This document shows, one piece after another, positions 1-14,800 of a DNA stretch of 64,000 nt (its first letter is position 1; each line of letters opens with the position of its first letter). The translations under genes and the position numbers were made by a program. Below the pieces are notes generated by a model. That model was not told the DNA's origin. It made no database searches and saw nothing but the letters and a program-made list of their open reading frames with translations. The stretch is taken from the NCBI GenBank assembly GCA_012295275.1, contig CM022673.1, positions 1,612,001 to 1,676,000 of the forward strand, written 5' to 3'. This DNA is from Chrysomallon squamiferum. Its lineage: Eukaryota; Animalia; Mollusca.

Positions 1-2395
1 ATTCAGTCTGTCCTGAATGCAGTGACATCACATGTTCAAGAGATGTCTTATTAAGCTGTATTTTTTTTCTCTTTACTAATTAATTACGTTTGGGCAGAAA
101 AAAAAAAAAAAAAATAATAATAAAAATAAAAAAAAAAAAAAAAATCAAAAAAAAAATAGTAATAATAATAAAATAAAACAAAACAAATAAAATAAAATAA
201 ACTGAAAAAAACCCTGAAAAAATCAAAAAAATCCCAGAACAATAAATATTTATTTACTCCTTGTTCTTATCACCAAATATAAAATTTGACTACAGATAAA
301 GAAAATTTGTCTAATTTTCCTTCACAATCTTGGCTTTTAAAAACTTCTATCTGACATACTCAAGTCCTTCTAGATATCTTGAGACAAAATATTAATTAAA
401 TCACCTTGAAAATTTCTCTGTCTGAACTCTGACCCTCTCTGTCACCCCATGTTACACACGATCGACGGTGATGTTGCTGTTGTTGCTGCTGTTGTTGTTG
501 TTTCATACTTCCATTAATTTTAGGCGATTCTCTGGCCTGTCGCAGAACTTTTGCCCTTTCAGCGACTTTCTTTGCAGAGTTGAGTATTGCAAGTGTCGAA
601 AGTGGAGTATTTCTATCAAGACAATTTACATTTTATTATATTGATGTTTGTCAAAGCTTTATTAAAAATTTATTTTTATGTGTTATATATCGTGAGTGTA
701 GAAAATGGATTATTTCTCTCAAGATAATTTATAAATTATATTAATCCTGCAGAATGTATAGCCAGTTGTTTGTCAGTTTTGTTTAATCTTAGGTGTGTGT
801 TTCTTTAACAAATAAATTTATTTTTATGTGTTGTACATCATGAGTGTAGAAAGTGAAGAATTTCTGTCATATAAATTGTTATAAATTTTGTACATGTGTC
901 ATTTTTACTGTGTGTATGAAACAGACAATACATTTATTTGAGTATGGTGAACATAAAGTGGAGTATCTCTGAACCACAAATTATATAATTCTACTGAATG
1001 CATGCACACACGCAACATATTAAACTAACTACTTCAAGCCAAAATATCTCTGATCCTTAGTATCAAATTATGTATATTTGTGTTTTACAAAGTTATTTAT
1101 TCTTTACACTTCCTGTGATATACTCAATTTTTTAAAATAAAATAATTTTTAAAATACTTGCTAATTAAAAATGCAAATCTGTAAAAAACACTTGAATATA
1201 TTACTTTGTAATTATTCAGTAATCACTTTTGAAAATATTTTGGATACAAAATGGGCAACTAAAATATTTAATTTAACAAATTACAAATTATTATCTACTT
1301 TTTATACTTTACCAACCAGACATTGTTTTGAAAAGACTGCTCAAATTTCTAATTTCTTTTATTGCATTTTAAAAAGATTGGCAAAGAAAAACGCATTTAT
1401 TTAATAAACTCATCTGCATATTTACTTTTATTATAAATTTTATTAAACCCGTTTCATTAAAGTCTTTTTTCAACCTATTTACAAATATGCATTAGACAAA
1501 ATGTTCAGAATATTAATAAAGTAATTAAAGAAAATGATCAGTGTATTTAAAATACTAAGTTTACCTTGCTGGAGTATGTGCCGGTGAATTTGCGTCGGTC
1601 TGTTCAGGTGTACGTTGTACGTCACTCTCAGGCCGTCCTGGAGATTTGGGTGAGAGGGTCCCAGGTGATTTTCCTGTAGGAGATTTTGCTGCATCAGCTA
1701 AAGGAGGCTTAGGAGTCTGATCAGCAGATGCAGGAGTCAAAGGAGAACCAGTTAAATTCTGACATCAGGGAAATAAAATGTAATAAAATAATAATAATAA
1801 TTATAACAAAATGTGAATGAATGCTTGTATTTTAGGGAGTGGTGTGCCTTTCTATCAAGGTTATAAAATATCATACGCTGTCAATTAATAAGAGTGTATC
1901 AAGTATTAATGTATTGTCCATCAGTTAATTAATTAACTATATATACATATTTTAAAATAATGAATTAAAAAAACCACATAGATATGTACATGTGGATGCT
2001 GAATCAAAGTAAAGTGTGAAAATTGTATCATTGGTTGTTTTTTTAAGTTTCGTTTTTGTTTTTTGTTTTTTAAACTTGCCGTCTGCCTTCTTTGCATTGG
2101 TGTGCTCTCGCGTCTCAGCTTTTCAGCCTTTGCCTGCTGCTCTTCAAACGTGCGCATGTCAAACTCAATCTCATTGGCTAGCTGTTTGTCAGCTGACAGA
2201 ATGTCTGTTTAAAAACAGAAATTTGGTGGATGTCAGTCTGAGTCAGAAGAACCAGCAATAACATATACATGTAACTTTCTTTACAATAACAACAACAACA
2301 ATAATAACAATAACAGTAATAGTAACAGCAGTAGTAACAGTAATAATTGTAATAGTAATAATAATAGAATTAGTAGTAATAATAACAGTGACAGA

Positions 2396-2444
<49 letters not shown>

Positions 2445-4904
2445 TTATAATAGTAATAATAGTAACTTCTGACATTTTAAAATTACCTTTAACTTCTGAC
2501 TTGTAATCTTTCAACAACTCTTGAAGATATAACATCACAAATTTTAGTACTGGAGACCGATGCTGTTCAAGCTGCAATTTAATAACAATAATAACACCAA
2601 CAATAACAACAACAGCAACAGCAATAATTGTAGTGACAAAACAATCAATAATAAAAGATATAACAGGAATAAAATTATAGCATCAGCTACAGGATCAGCT
2701 GAAAGCAATCAAAATAAATAGCAACAACAACAAAAAAAAAAAAAAAAAAAAAAAAAAATGTATAGCTTGAAAAAAGTATCATTTCTTTCTTAATATAATA
2801 AACATACCAAGATGATTTCAGATTGTTTATAAGAACCTAATTTAAAAGAAAACATATGGAAATGCTTATTTCCACATATGCAGAACTGGAGCAGTGAAAA
2901 GCAGAGCTTAATGTTAGAATGTTAGAAAGTTAGTTAAACATCTCACATTTCCCTAATTGGTATCATTTATGATGTGGTATCGAGTATTGAACGAATGACT
3001 TAACCATTAAATAATAACAAGTATTTTCTTACCTTGTGTTTCAGAGAGATTACTATGGGAACAATGTTTTCTATGACATTCTTCTTAACAATGTGGGTCA
3101 GAAAAGTCTTTTTGGCGGCTGCCATGACAACTGAAGCCATATCCTGTTCCTCATTTTCTTCATTTGGTTTAACTTTCATTGATGCTAGCTTGATTTCCTG
3201 AAATCCCCCCCAAAAAAAAAAAAAAACAAATCAAATAAAAATATTAAAAATCAAAATAATAATAATAATAATAATAATGATAATTTTGAAAAATAAAAAA
3301 ATGTGAAAAACAAATTAATGTTAAGAAACAACATAATTTTCATACTTTTGTTTATTCTTTTTATGCATATAGATTTTATAAATTACTACATACTGAGTTC
3401 ATTACTGCCAAAAGGACTGCACAATAAATAAGATTAAAATAAAAATAAAAATTTGTTTCAATTTAATGCAAATGTTTTGCTAGACATGTACACTTCAAAT
3501 GTCTGGTGTTAACATTTTGTTCTTTTTCACACTCAGAACTGACAAAATTAAATTAGTTAATAATAATATTAATATCAATCTTCCATATTTACCATTCTAA
3601 ACAGTCCCATGATGTGCTGTAATATCTTTAGGAATTACTTTTATATTTGGGATTGATAAAAACTAAAATCCTATTATACACTTTCAAAATCAATATTTCA
3701 AAAACAAATCGTAGAAAGAATAAAAATAATTAGTATAAATTCCTTATGAATTACTTTAAAAAATGGCTGCATTCTGTTAATATAAAAAAAAAACATTTAG
3801 CAATTATTAACAGTTGTTATAAAATATTAAAACATAAAATATTGTTTCATATTATATTATTCCTGTCTTGTGAACAACATGTGAAAAATAAACAATTTCC
3901 GTGAATGTTTACCTTGCTGCTAAGAATCATCAAAGCATCTTGCAAGATGGCTGATACATCATCGTCCAATGGAATTAGCCCATCTACAACATAACCCAAA
4001 ACCTGAAGGAGAGACAAAAAATGTGTTAAGAAAGATTGAAAAAATGAGAACTAAGAAAAGGAAAAACAAAATGTGACAGAAAGTTAAAAGGAATGCTGCA
4101 AAGGAATAAATTTAGAAATGTTTTAAAATATAAATTAAATTATGTCTAGACAGAAAAGATAATTTTAAAATATTTTATAAAAATATAATTTGTGTTGTAC
4201 TCTCTGAGACCAAAATTCTAAAAATGTTTAAACACTAAACAATTTTATTGTCCAATATTATTAAATTTACAATAAAATAACAAAAATAAAAAATCCAGTT
4301 GGTAATAAAATCTTACATCTTGACAAATTTTTGCTGACAGTTTGAATCTTTGTTCATCAACCATGTGTTCCAGCATGAACAAATAAAGTTTTTGACGTTT
4401 CCTGTTAACAAAAAAAAAAAAAGAAAAGAAATAAGAAATAAGAAAATACAAGACTCAAAAGAAAATTTGTAATAACAAACACAAATGGACACACAAAAAC
4501 AAAGAATTAATCACATGTATATTAAGATAACCATACAAACTCTCACTTTAAATTCTGCTTTCCTTGGCATGAAAACATTTGTTTCTGTCTCTCTGTCTGA
4601 GAAAACTTGTTATAAACTGAAAAATAATCAAAAAATGTCTTTATTTAAAAAAAATAATAACAACAACAGTAAAAAAGGCTGAAAACGTTCGGCAAGAAAG
4701 TAATTTTATTTTATTTCAGTTTTAAATCTATTATTATACTGTGTCATGCAGAATATATCCCAATGTTTTACAAGAAAAGGTTGCAAGTTGAATGAACATT
4801 TGGACTGGGATAGATATAAAATATCTCTAAGTTTTAAAGAAGAATGTAAAAGATTTCTTGTTGGTAAAAACATTGTTCCCATTTTTTAATATATAATTCA
4901 GAAT

Positions 4905-4943
<39 letters not shown>

Positions 4944-7900
4944 CCTACAATAAGGAAAGTCAAGCATAAAAAGAACTTTTAAAAAATGAAGAGTTATTTC
5001 CCTTCTCACCATTATGTCCTTCGTAAGCATTAAAGTGGAAAATACACTCAACAAAATGCTGGAAGAACATTGCAGGTTGTCTGTGAAGCAAGAGATGTAC
5101 AAGACAGAATTCAGCTGAAAATAAAATAAAATTAAATTAAAAAAAGGAATGTACAGAATAAACAAAATGAAATCTTAATGATTAAATTTTTGAAAATGTA
5201 TTGTCACTTAGATTTTGTTTATGGAAGTTTTTGTTATTTTGTTATTATTATAATGTACTAATATATATATATATATATATATATTTGAACTGATACTTTT
5301 ATTTTTTGCACCAAATAAATATAAAATATAAAAACTATTTAACACTAAATAAATAAAATAAAATAAACAAAAAATAAAAGATGTAACAAAAAAAATCTCA
5401 AATATGTTACATCCACTCATTCTATCTTGTTGTAAAAATTATATTAAATATTTTATCCTCAAATTCTGTAGACTATAATTTCAATAAGAAATGAAATAAT
5501 CAAACAGATGAAAGATTTAAAAAGGTATGTTACGTGAAAATGAATCTCACCGAATTCCCTGATCTCTTGATTGTCATCTAACAAGGTTGTTACAAACCTG
5601 TAGAACAGCACACCTTTCCATTTGATGAAGTCTTCCTGAAATTTTAATTTCATGGCAAAATAGTAATAATTTAAAATAAGACAGTGGCAATGTAAACAAA
5701 AAATGTAGTAAGGAATAAGGAAGTCTTCTCATTTTCCATCATCAAGACACATTTACCCGTTTAGTTTAAACATATTCATTATATATATTTATTTTTAGTA
5801 TAGACTGTACTTGAAATCAACTTTTGCTAATAATAAAGTATTACAAAATTCAGCTTTTTTTCAAGTCGTTGGAAATTCTCCATGAATTCAAACTTTAAAT
5901 TCAGTATTATCATCAAAACAAATTTAAAAACAGTGGGAAAAAAAAAAACTTGAACTTTATCCAAAACAAGTTGCCAGAAATAATGATGATGATGATAGTA
6001 GTAGTAAAAATGGTAATAACAATAACAACAACAATAACAATAATAATAATAATAACACAACGATAAGAACAACAACAATAACAGCAAAACAACAGCAATA
6101 GCAATAATAATAATGAACATTTCTTATAAAACGAACCTGAAGTAATCTTGTCAGTAAAGTGAGAGTCTGTTTGCGAATGAGTGGTGAAGGATCTTTGAGA
6201 CAAACAGCAATGTTGTTTATATACCTGTCAACCAGAGTGGTGTACCTGTAATCAAAAACACCTTTACACACCTTTACAACACACATAGGCATACTACAGA
6301 GAATGCATTAAGAACGAAATTAACATAAATTCAATTAAATACTAGTTAAAAGACTTTGAAATTAACTCAACTAAAAAAAAAAAAAAAAAATAAAGATATA
6401 TAATAATATATTAAGATTAACTAGCCTTTAGATTATTTTGATGTGCAGATATTTATTAAGATATATATTTACTGTCTTTTATTAACACACCTGCACGAGA
6501 CAAACTGTACCAAAAAAAAACCAAAAATCTTTATTAATAAATGAATTAAAAATGAATACCACACTATCTCTCTAGTGTTTACCTCCTAATTATAGAGATC
6601 ATTAACACTGCTATGGACAGCAAAGGCTGGGTATATACAGTACAGGGAAACTGAGTCATGGAGTCCAAAAAATAAACTAAATTTTAATGACTGTCTTTAA
6701 AATAAATAAATAAATAACTGATCTCTGCCCTTGTTAATTAACAATCACTAAATTAGTAACTAATGCATACATAACTAAAATCAGTGCAGTTTAATTTTGA
6801 TTAAAATCTATGTAGTTTAAAGGTAAATAACTAAAATTGGGGTAGTTTAATTAGAAATAAAATCAATGAATTTTAATTATAAAACGGATTATTTGTGATG
6901 CACGACAATCCCTGAATGGAGTGGATGTAGGCTCTTGCCCACTTTCTGATTCAAAGGCCAGGAGGGGTATAAACGTGTATACTAGGTTGGCAGTGAGCCC
7001 CACACTTTCTATCATGAAGGCACTCAGTATGTCTCCAGTGGGTCCTTGGTTATTAATTAGTTTTAGTCAGCTGCAGCCAAGTTTTATCCAAAAAATTAAA
7101 GGGTTTGGGAGGCATTCATGTAGAAGTAAATACAAGTCTAAATAGTTAAATATTATATTGGAGGTTTCACTTCAAAATAGGTAACTGTGTAAATAAATGG
7201 TAAAATTTTAACAAAATGAAGACTATATATAAACATATATATAATAATGTTATCACTGGTTGTGCTTTTACTGTAGGGATTAAATCAATGTAGTTTAATT
7301 TTAAATGTAAGTTAATAAAATCAGTGTAGTTTTAACTGTAAACAGCTCTTTGTTCTGATGAACTCACCTGATGCAGAGGTCACACATGATGACAACCACG
7401 TTGTTTCTGATGACAGAATCACTGCAGATTTCCAGTTCTCTAGCCAGCGCAGCAATACACTTCTTAGCCAGACTCTCATTCTGTAAACACAGCTTGCCTG
7501 TGACACAAGAAAATTAACATTAATATAATCCATGACTGTGGCATCTACTTGTGAATGAACATGTGTCTGTGTGTGAGAGAGAAATTGAGTGAGAGAAGAG
7601 AGAAAGGGGGAGAGAGATAGAGAGAAAGAGTTAGAGATGGAGACAGGGGCAGGATAAGAATATAATATATATATATGTAGGTATGTCTATCCAGAGTTCT
7701 GAGGGTAAAAAAAAATTAGATTCTGTCTTTTGACAAACAAACTGACAACAAATGATTTTTTAAATTTTATTTGATTTTTTAATTAAATTTTAAAGGATAA
7801 AAAAAAAAAAAAAAAAGTAAATATAATAATAATAATAAAAAATCTAGTAGTATCTTATCTCACCAAGAGTAATAAAAGCATAGGCTCGAATGCGATTGGA

Positions 7901-8798
7901 CATATTTGAGCCCCTGAACTGAGAAAGAGGCTGTGACTGCTGTGATGATGCCCGCGTGGTTCTGCTGCCTGAACTTCCACTGGACATGGCGCTGCTGCGG
8001 CCGTCCTCACTCGACTTGGTGTTTTCCTGCTGTGAACACGTCTCTGAGCTTGATGCTTCATTCAGACTTTCCTCTTAAAAAACAAACAGAACACAATTAA
8101 ACCATGAGAACAATGGTGTAATATATATATATATAAAATTAAAATAAAAATTAAAATTTTAATTAAGTTACAAACTCAACTAATTATTTAAAACCGATCG
8201 TTTTCTATTTTCTATTAATTAATATTAATATTATTATTATTACTATTATTATTTTCAGTATTATAGATGTTGCTGTTTTTGTTCTTCTTATCATTATCAT
8301 CATCATCATCATCATAATTATTATTACTTGCAAAAAGAGATCCAGTTAACTGCACATCTTAAACAACTATAAAAAAGTTTTATATTTTATTATTATTATT
8401 ATCCAATGTCTTTGTTTTATCTGTGTACCTGAGTGCTCTCAGTCCTAACAGGACCAAATTTAACTGAAGAAAACAAAAATAAAAAATAAAATAAAAGTAA
8501 TTTGCTCTGCTGACGTTTCACACTGGTTGTGTTTACCTGTTATGCAGGGTGCAGCAATCAGACTTTGTACTAACATGTAGACACGTTTGGGTGTTTTTGC
8601 TGGACACAGCTGAGCGATTTCTCCCAGTGTAAATAAATGTCGAACTATTTGATCTTCGTCTGCTGAACAAACTGAAAACATAAAATCATGAAATAATAAG
8701 TTGAGAAAAATTTACATTTTGAAATGATTCTACATTGTGGATATATTAGCCAAAAATGCTTTTAAAAAAACACAAAAAAAACACATGCATGTGTGCAC

Positions 8799-8832
<34 letters not shown>

Positions 8833-11800
8833 TCTTCCATTGTTAGAATGAAAAGCCATAGACCAAACACGGTGATCTAATAGAAAGGAAAAAAAAATGT
8901 AATGGTCATGATTTTGTAATCTGCTGTTGAAAAAAGTATAATTTTCACATTCAGAAATTCTATATTTTACCAGACTGATACAAATAATTCTGTGTATACA
9001 GTAAGAACTTAAAATAATTAATTAAAAAATAACACAATAAGATCAGTAACAACAGAAATGAAATCAGTAACAATAAGCACAATGATAAAAAGCAACAATA
9101 ATAAAAATATAATACTAATAATAAATACATAATTATAATAATAAAAATTTAAAATATAATAAAAATATATAATAATAATAAAAAAATGTATAATAATAAA
9201 TAATAAAAAGTAACTACTTATGTTTTCTTCGTCCAGTATTATCCGAGATAAATACTTGTTGCATTCTTCCAGCAGATCAACACACCAATCTTCCTTCTCT
9301 CTCTGACTGTCGCGGGAGTCTTTCTCTGCCTCGCACAGCTGAAATACATATCAGAATAACAGACCAAAACAGTAAAGAAATATTTGTTATGATGTTACAA
9401 ACAAATATACTAAACAATTTTTTTTTTTTTTTTTTTTATTATTTCCAGTGACAGCGTTTAATTATTTTTGAAAACCAATCACCTGTGATAGAAATAATAA
9501 TGAATTGTGACAATAATATAACTCATCAAAGTTTGTGCATGGATGCTGCCATTTTATTTTATGTTATTTTTGTAAATATAAAATTGTGAAGAAAAAGCTG
9601 AATGATATGTTAACATTGTCAGTGATCACTCACATCCATTTGTTAAGTTTTCTCTCTGTTAGAAATTTGTAATCTGTATTAAAATACCACAGTAGATCAC
9701 ATATTATGGTTTTTGGTATACCTATTGACATGCCCTGGTTGGAAAAGGAAAACAGCTGAACTAGTCAGAAAATGGAAAGAAATGACAGAACACCCATGGT
9801 TCAGTTGAATAAATTAGATTTTCAACAGGTTTAACTCCTGTTAATCTACTAATCCACTGACTATTTTTTGTTTATTTCACCTTTGACAGAGTATTGATGA
9901 TAACTGCAATCAGTTCTGGTGGGGAGTCGAATTTCATCAACCGCTGCTTGAGAGTAGCTGAAAATAATAAAACACAAAACTCTGCAAATATCTTTATTTT
10001 TTAACATCAGATTTAACAACAACTTAAATGTTTTTATGACCTTACACAATATATAGCAAATACATTGATCTGCGACTGGGTTACTTAACTTTCAGCTGCT
10101 CTTGGAGCCAATATATATATTTTTGCAAATATTTGAACTATGGTGGATATCTGGAAGCAGACAAAATTTACACGTTGTCCTGAATGGAAGAAAATTTGGT
10201 ACAGTATACCAGATATTTTGTTACCATTTGATGTGCCAATAAAACTGAAACAATCAGAATTCAAAGAGGTTACATTACATAATTTCACACATTTGTCTGA
10301 AATTAATTTTGATCCTGAGATAAGAGCATCAGCTGTGGTGAAACATAAGTATCAACTGTTCAACATGTTATTTTTATTTTAGCAAAAAACAAAACCTTCA
10401 TCTATGATACAAATAATCATAAGTACATAAACAATCTAAATCTTATCCAGACGGGATTTAGGTTATGTTATATTGGTACCAACCTGTATATTCTGAACGT
10501 ATTTCTGCACTGAAGTGTTTTGCAATGCTTCCCATCACTGTCAACACTCGATGCCATGTCACCTGGTAAGAACTCTCTAAAAAGAAGAAAACATTTTTAG
10601 TATCCTACAATACAGCAGCCATTACTACTTCTTAAACAGGTGAATGATTCACCCAAGAATGAATGAAACTAGAGATGAAAGTTATTCAAAACAAGAAAAC
10701 TTAGTCATATATAACTGAAACTTTGTTACAAAGACTTTAGGGTTAATGATACAAAAATAGTTAAAGTACTTTTAATGAACTGCACCATACTTGTTTTGAA
10801 TTTTTTAGATTTCTTCCTTAAATTTTTTTATTACACAAATCGTAATTAAATTGTAAATTTTAATACCTAAAAAAAAAAAATAGAATAATGGATAATGAAA
10901 CAGTATGTGAATCATAAGAGTGTCATTTAGAATATTGTAATTCTAAAATAACTAAGCAATTAAATGAAACAAAATATATGGACTACTTCCAGGAATTTTA
11001 GTTTGTAAATTAATTCTCACCAGACATTTGTGAAGAGTGTTTTTCCCAATATTTGATAAGGAACTTATTATCCATCTTGGGAAATGCTGAAGCTATTTCA
11101 GCCATAAGCATCCAAGCTGCCTAATATAAAGATAAATTAAAATTAGTGCATTAGAATTAATTTAAGAATATTAACAGAGCAATAAGAATAACAAAAATTA
11201 TAAATATATTATTAAAAACACTAATATTAAGATTACGATAATAACAATAACAAATATGACAAAAAATATTAAAATTGCTGGTATTAAACCGAATAATATT
11301 ACATAGTATTTTATTTATGTCTGTCATGTTATTAACATATTTTAAAATAATTATTAAAATATTTCTAATTATTTTACCTCATTGTTTTCAGTTTCCAGGT
11401 GAGTCTGCAAAAAGGAGACAATTCCAGGTTTCAGCCTTCCCGCACGAGACCAGTGCTGACAAGCTCGTTGGAGATATCGCCTTAACAACAGATGACAGGT
11501 TATGTAAATAATGTAAAACATAATATACGAAAATCACTTTTGCATAATGATTAGAATGAAACAAAAGCAAATTTGAAGAAAAAAAAAATGATTTGAAATT
11601 TATGAGGAAAGTTTTTACATTCTGCTGACAGAAATACACACCAGTATTTTCCAGATCTAGTTTCATTGAAATAAAGTGCTTGGTAAACATGCAAGTGAAA
11701 CACTTAATTAAAATGTTCAAACAAAATAATAATAACTGATTGTTCTGCATATGTTTTTATTAGTTCATTTTAAAAATAAGATATTTACAAAATTTAAATA

Positions 11801-14800
11801 ATAAAACTATACATTTTTTATTTTTATTTTTTTTTTGATAGCACACCTAATATAAAAGGCATGCATAATAAAAATGTATAGAAAAAATTTAAAGCATATA
11901 ATATATATATATATATATATTTAAAAAAAATATATACAAATAGTGAAATGCTAGTGCAACAATGAACAAACAGTCATGAAAATTTCATTACATTAAAAAA
12001 AAAAAAAAAATATGTATTTAAAACTTTTGTAAACAAAGTTAATTTACCTTAAGTCTGTACTTGCTGGACTTGTCATGACATTCAGCAGATTCCATGCGAG
12101 TACATGATTTGGTTCTTTAGACCTGAACAGACAATATAAACAATCAACAGTTTTATCTACTGTTCACAAAGTATTCTCTAAAACCAATACTGATGGAAAT
12201 AATAACAGATCAGTGCTTAGACTTAATTTTTTTTTTTTTCCCCTGGAATTTATCAAATTGTTAAATTCCTATCATGTGTCAAAAACTCTGAAAACATAAA
12301 AGTATCGCATTACTCTTACTATTGTACATCTTTCTTAAGAAAAAAAAAAGATAAAAAAAAAAAATATTTAAAAAAATTAGATTCAGAGTATTTAACAAAC
12401 ATCTTGTAAATACAGAAAAAACAGCTCAAGGAATGCAACATAAACAATAACACCAGAAATACATTCTTTATAAACTTGAATAATTAGCAGAAAAACAAAT
12501 GTCTAATTAAAACTAACCATTTAAAAAAAAAAAAAAAATGAGGAAGTCATTTAATTATTTTCATAAAACTGTCTATGATATAACACTCAAATATATGCTT
12601 ATAAGCTTTAACATAGAACTACATACTGCATAAAAATATATTTTTACACCCTTGTGACAATTGTTCAGTTTCACTCATGTATATGTATTCTTATTCACAT
12701 GAAATCAGAACTTTATTTTCTAAAATAGAATTATATTTGTATTATGCTTTTTCACCTGTGATAAGGAACCACATTTTGTATGAATATTTCCTCCAAAGTC
12801 TCCAAACATTTTTCCTGAAGAGTGGATTCCCGGTCAGTCACAAGAGGAAGAACTCCGTTCAGCCACGCACTAGACAACAAAAATAAATACTTCAGTGGAA
12901 TCTCCGTATTTACACTGATGATTATTAGCTTTCAGAGAAATGAGATGCAGTAACAACAAAGAGATGACTCATTTCATCTAACACATCAGTACAGATTTAG
13001 AAACATTTATGAAACAAATGAGATTTCACTGCAATTTTCTCCGAGGTGAAATGGAGCAAAGACTTTCTTGTTTTAGTAATAAAATAACAAACATGAGATG
13101 CACCTAAGAAGTATTTATCCATATAACCTTTTATATATCTTATGTTCAGAAATAATGTCACAAAAAACCCTGGATGGCCACATTTATGCAATATCATACA
13201 TGTCATCATGTTACTGGTTTTTTTATAAATAAAAAAAAAAAAAAAATAATAAAAATAAAAACATAGTCTCAAAACAAACAACAGAGTCATCTGAAATCTT
13301 ATAAAATTTAGGTTGTTTATTGTTATGTAAATTATAGTAAATCTTTATTTGTATAAATATTTCATTACCTATTATACAAGAAACTATATTTTGTATGATT
13401 ATTTTTTCAAATGTCTTCAAACACTTTTCCTGAAGAATCCATTCATTATCATCAAGGAAAAACAAATTAAAGTTTATTTATTTTAACCATCACAGGCTAC
13501 ATTATTGTTAAGTGGCAAGGTAATTATGCATCATCTTGCCGCTACATTTACTAATTAAATATTTTTTTTAGAATCAGAAGCCAGGCAGCTATCTAGAAAA
13601 CTTGAAGCAATAATGTCCATAATAAAAATAAAAAAAACCATTGTGACATTTAATAAACTAAAGTCACTTATTTCTGCCATTAAAAACCTATTTTATGGTA
13701 TTATTTTATTATTACTGAGAACTGGAATCCCTAAAACAAACACAACAGTAACCTGGAGGTCTAAAAAAATGTTATTTACACTTTAAAACAACAAACCTGT
13801 GTAAATCTGTGAGGGAGGGAAAACTAAACAAGAGTTCAGTCAGTGACTGCATGGCCTGTTTGCGTACAGACAGTGCAGGATCTCCACATCTCTCTTGTAA
13901 TATCTCAACATCCTGAAACAAAAATATTTATATAACTACTTGAAAGCCAGGAGATGCATTTTTACTAAGATTATTATAAAAGATGTTTTGCTGTCAGTCA
14001 GAAAGAGTAGTAACAAAAGCATGTTTTCTCATTACTACATGAAAACTGGACATCTGATGATTAACAGTTTTAATATTGTTTATTAAATATACTGAGGCAT
14101 TATAAAAACATATCTTGATTTGTTAATCAATATCTAAATAAAATAATGTCCAGTTACTACACCAACAGAAAACTCCATTATTCAAAATAATTATATATTT
14201 GTTTATGTCACTAGATTAAATGCATAAATATTCTGAACTAAAACATAAAATATATTGAAACAGAATATTACATAAACTTTCTAAACTCTTTTAAATAATA
14301 TAAAAAATAAAAATTAAAATAATAATATGAATAACAGAAATATATATATATAAATAAAAAAAATAAATAAATAAAACATCAGATAAAAATAAGTCTAGAA
14401 ATAATAACTAATAAAAACAAATTCTAGAAATAATTCTAAACTGATGCTACTGTATTATTACCTGTTTTCTGTAGTTAGGAGCTTCAAACTGTATCATGTT
14501 TTCTAGAGCCTGTAATGCTGCTTTCCTGACACCTACTTTCTCATCTTGACTTCTCCGACGCAACATTGACAGAATGCCATCATTATCCAAAACATCTGAA
14601 ATAACAACAATGTAAAAATTCCTCTATTCATGAATAAAGGTGATTATATTACATTACAGGCTGAGGATCCCTTATCCAAAATTCTCAAATCTGAAATGTT
14701 TTCCAAATAGAAGAAACAATGATATCTTACATTTTTGGACTGTTTTGCATATACAAACTTTATTTTCATGCATAGATTTATTAAAAATATATGAAAAAAA

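Noticed and set aside
2281-6292. Poly-Leu, poly-Ile and poly-Tyr ORFs (2281..2577, 5827..6120, 5913..6203, 5957..6292)
   Set aside because: They are translations of intronic trinucleotide microsatellites, in some cases read through from real NCAPD3 exons.
6921-7145. Plus-strand 74-aa ORF and a nearly open minus frame over the intronic island; telomerase RNA and RNase MRP were also considered
   Set aside because: There is no recognisable protein similarity or fitting splice sites. There is no CUAACCC template, and GGGGCUCA lacks its upstream GAAAGUCCCC partner for the MRP P4 helix.
10140-10382. 80-aa antisense ORF nested in an NCAPD3 intron
   Set aside because: No recognisable domain or supporting gene structure; ORFs of this length arise by chance.
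11590-11660. Possible second decayed exon copy upstream of exon 11378-11480
   Set aside because: Similarity is too weak to distinguish from chance.
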